DNA from: a virus
Virus record (IMG/VR): IMGVR_UViG_3300015063_000002
Coordinates: 3,200-67,199 of that record
DNA: 64,000 nucleotides
Reading direction: 5' to 3' (one strand)
In this document: positions 63,750 to 64,000 of the stretch, piece after piece
How positions within the stretch are numbered: position 1 is the first letter of the stretch
Layout of the letters: each line of letters opens with the position of its first letter
Translations under genes and position numbers: made by a program
The notes under the pieces: model-generated
What the model saw: only the letters and a program-made list of their open reading frames with translations
Database searches by the model: none
What the model was told of the DNA's origin: nothing

Positions 63750-64000
63750 CACATACTAGCTAGAATTAATACTTTTGTAATGTTGAAAAGAGTATACTAC
63801 TCCTATGTCAACTAATAGTATCATCGGTACGGCTGCGACCAGGGACAACGTAAACGAACATTTAGCCCGCCTGGGCGATTTGCAGCACGATATAGCGAGT
63901 GCTGCGGCCTCGGCTCTTTGCCTCATCCAACTGGCCCAGGCCGAGGGCGACGACTCTATCGCTGGCGGCGATTTCAAAGTTTTGGCGAACGAAGTCACCC

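Overview
The whole 64 kb reads as temperate (pro)phage DNA, and no host housekeeping gene was recognised. A Chloroflexota-like host is a weak guess from the Flp pilin style. Layout: (1) 1-5.7 kb is a regulatory/accessory block with an XRE repressor, SWIM gene, HNH genes, a tyrosine integrase fused to an HNH domain, and a Cas7/RAMP-like gene. (2) 5.8-22 kb is a minus-strand HK97-type morphogenesis operon (HNH, TerS, TerL, portal, cargo genes, 2H-phosphoesterase/prohead protease, capsid, neck/tail genes) with no tape measure gene. (3) 22-38.5 kb holds early genes, a second copy of the repressor/SWIM switch, membrane proteins, a paralogous integrase and tRNA remnants. (4) 38.5-64 kb holds HEPN and MTase-endonuclease cargo, a Flp pilin, a replication initiator with internal iterons, MTases, two TnpB-only IS200/IS605 elements, a HerA-like ATPase, a holin/glucosaminidase pair and two more tyrosine recombinases. 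The standout signal is a stand-alone RAMP (Cas7-like) gene at 4607-5200 with no cas operon or CRISPR array. It is accompanied by two non-coding arrays of strictly phased 5-nt GGY-NN units (5577-5666 on +, 533-632 on -), each closed by a hairpin. This looks like an RNA-guided system whose guide is the series of variable dinucleotides (VIPR-like, as I recall that recently reported class; not verifiable here). All calls are by eye from sequence motifs; no searches were run.
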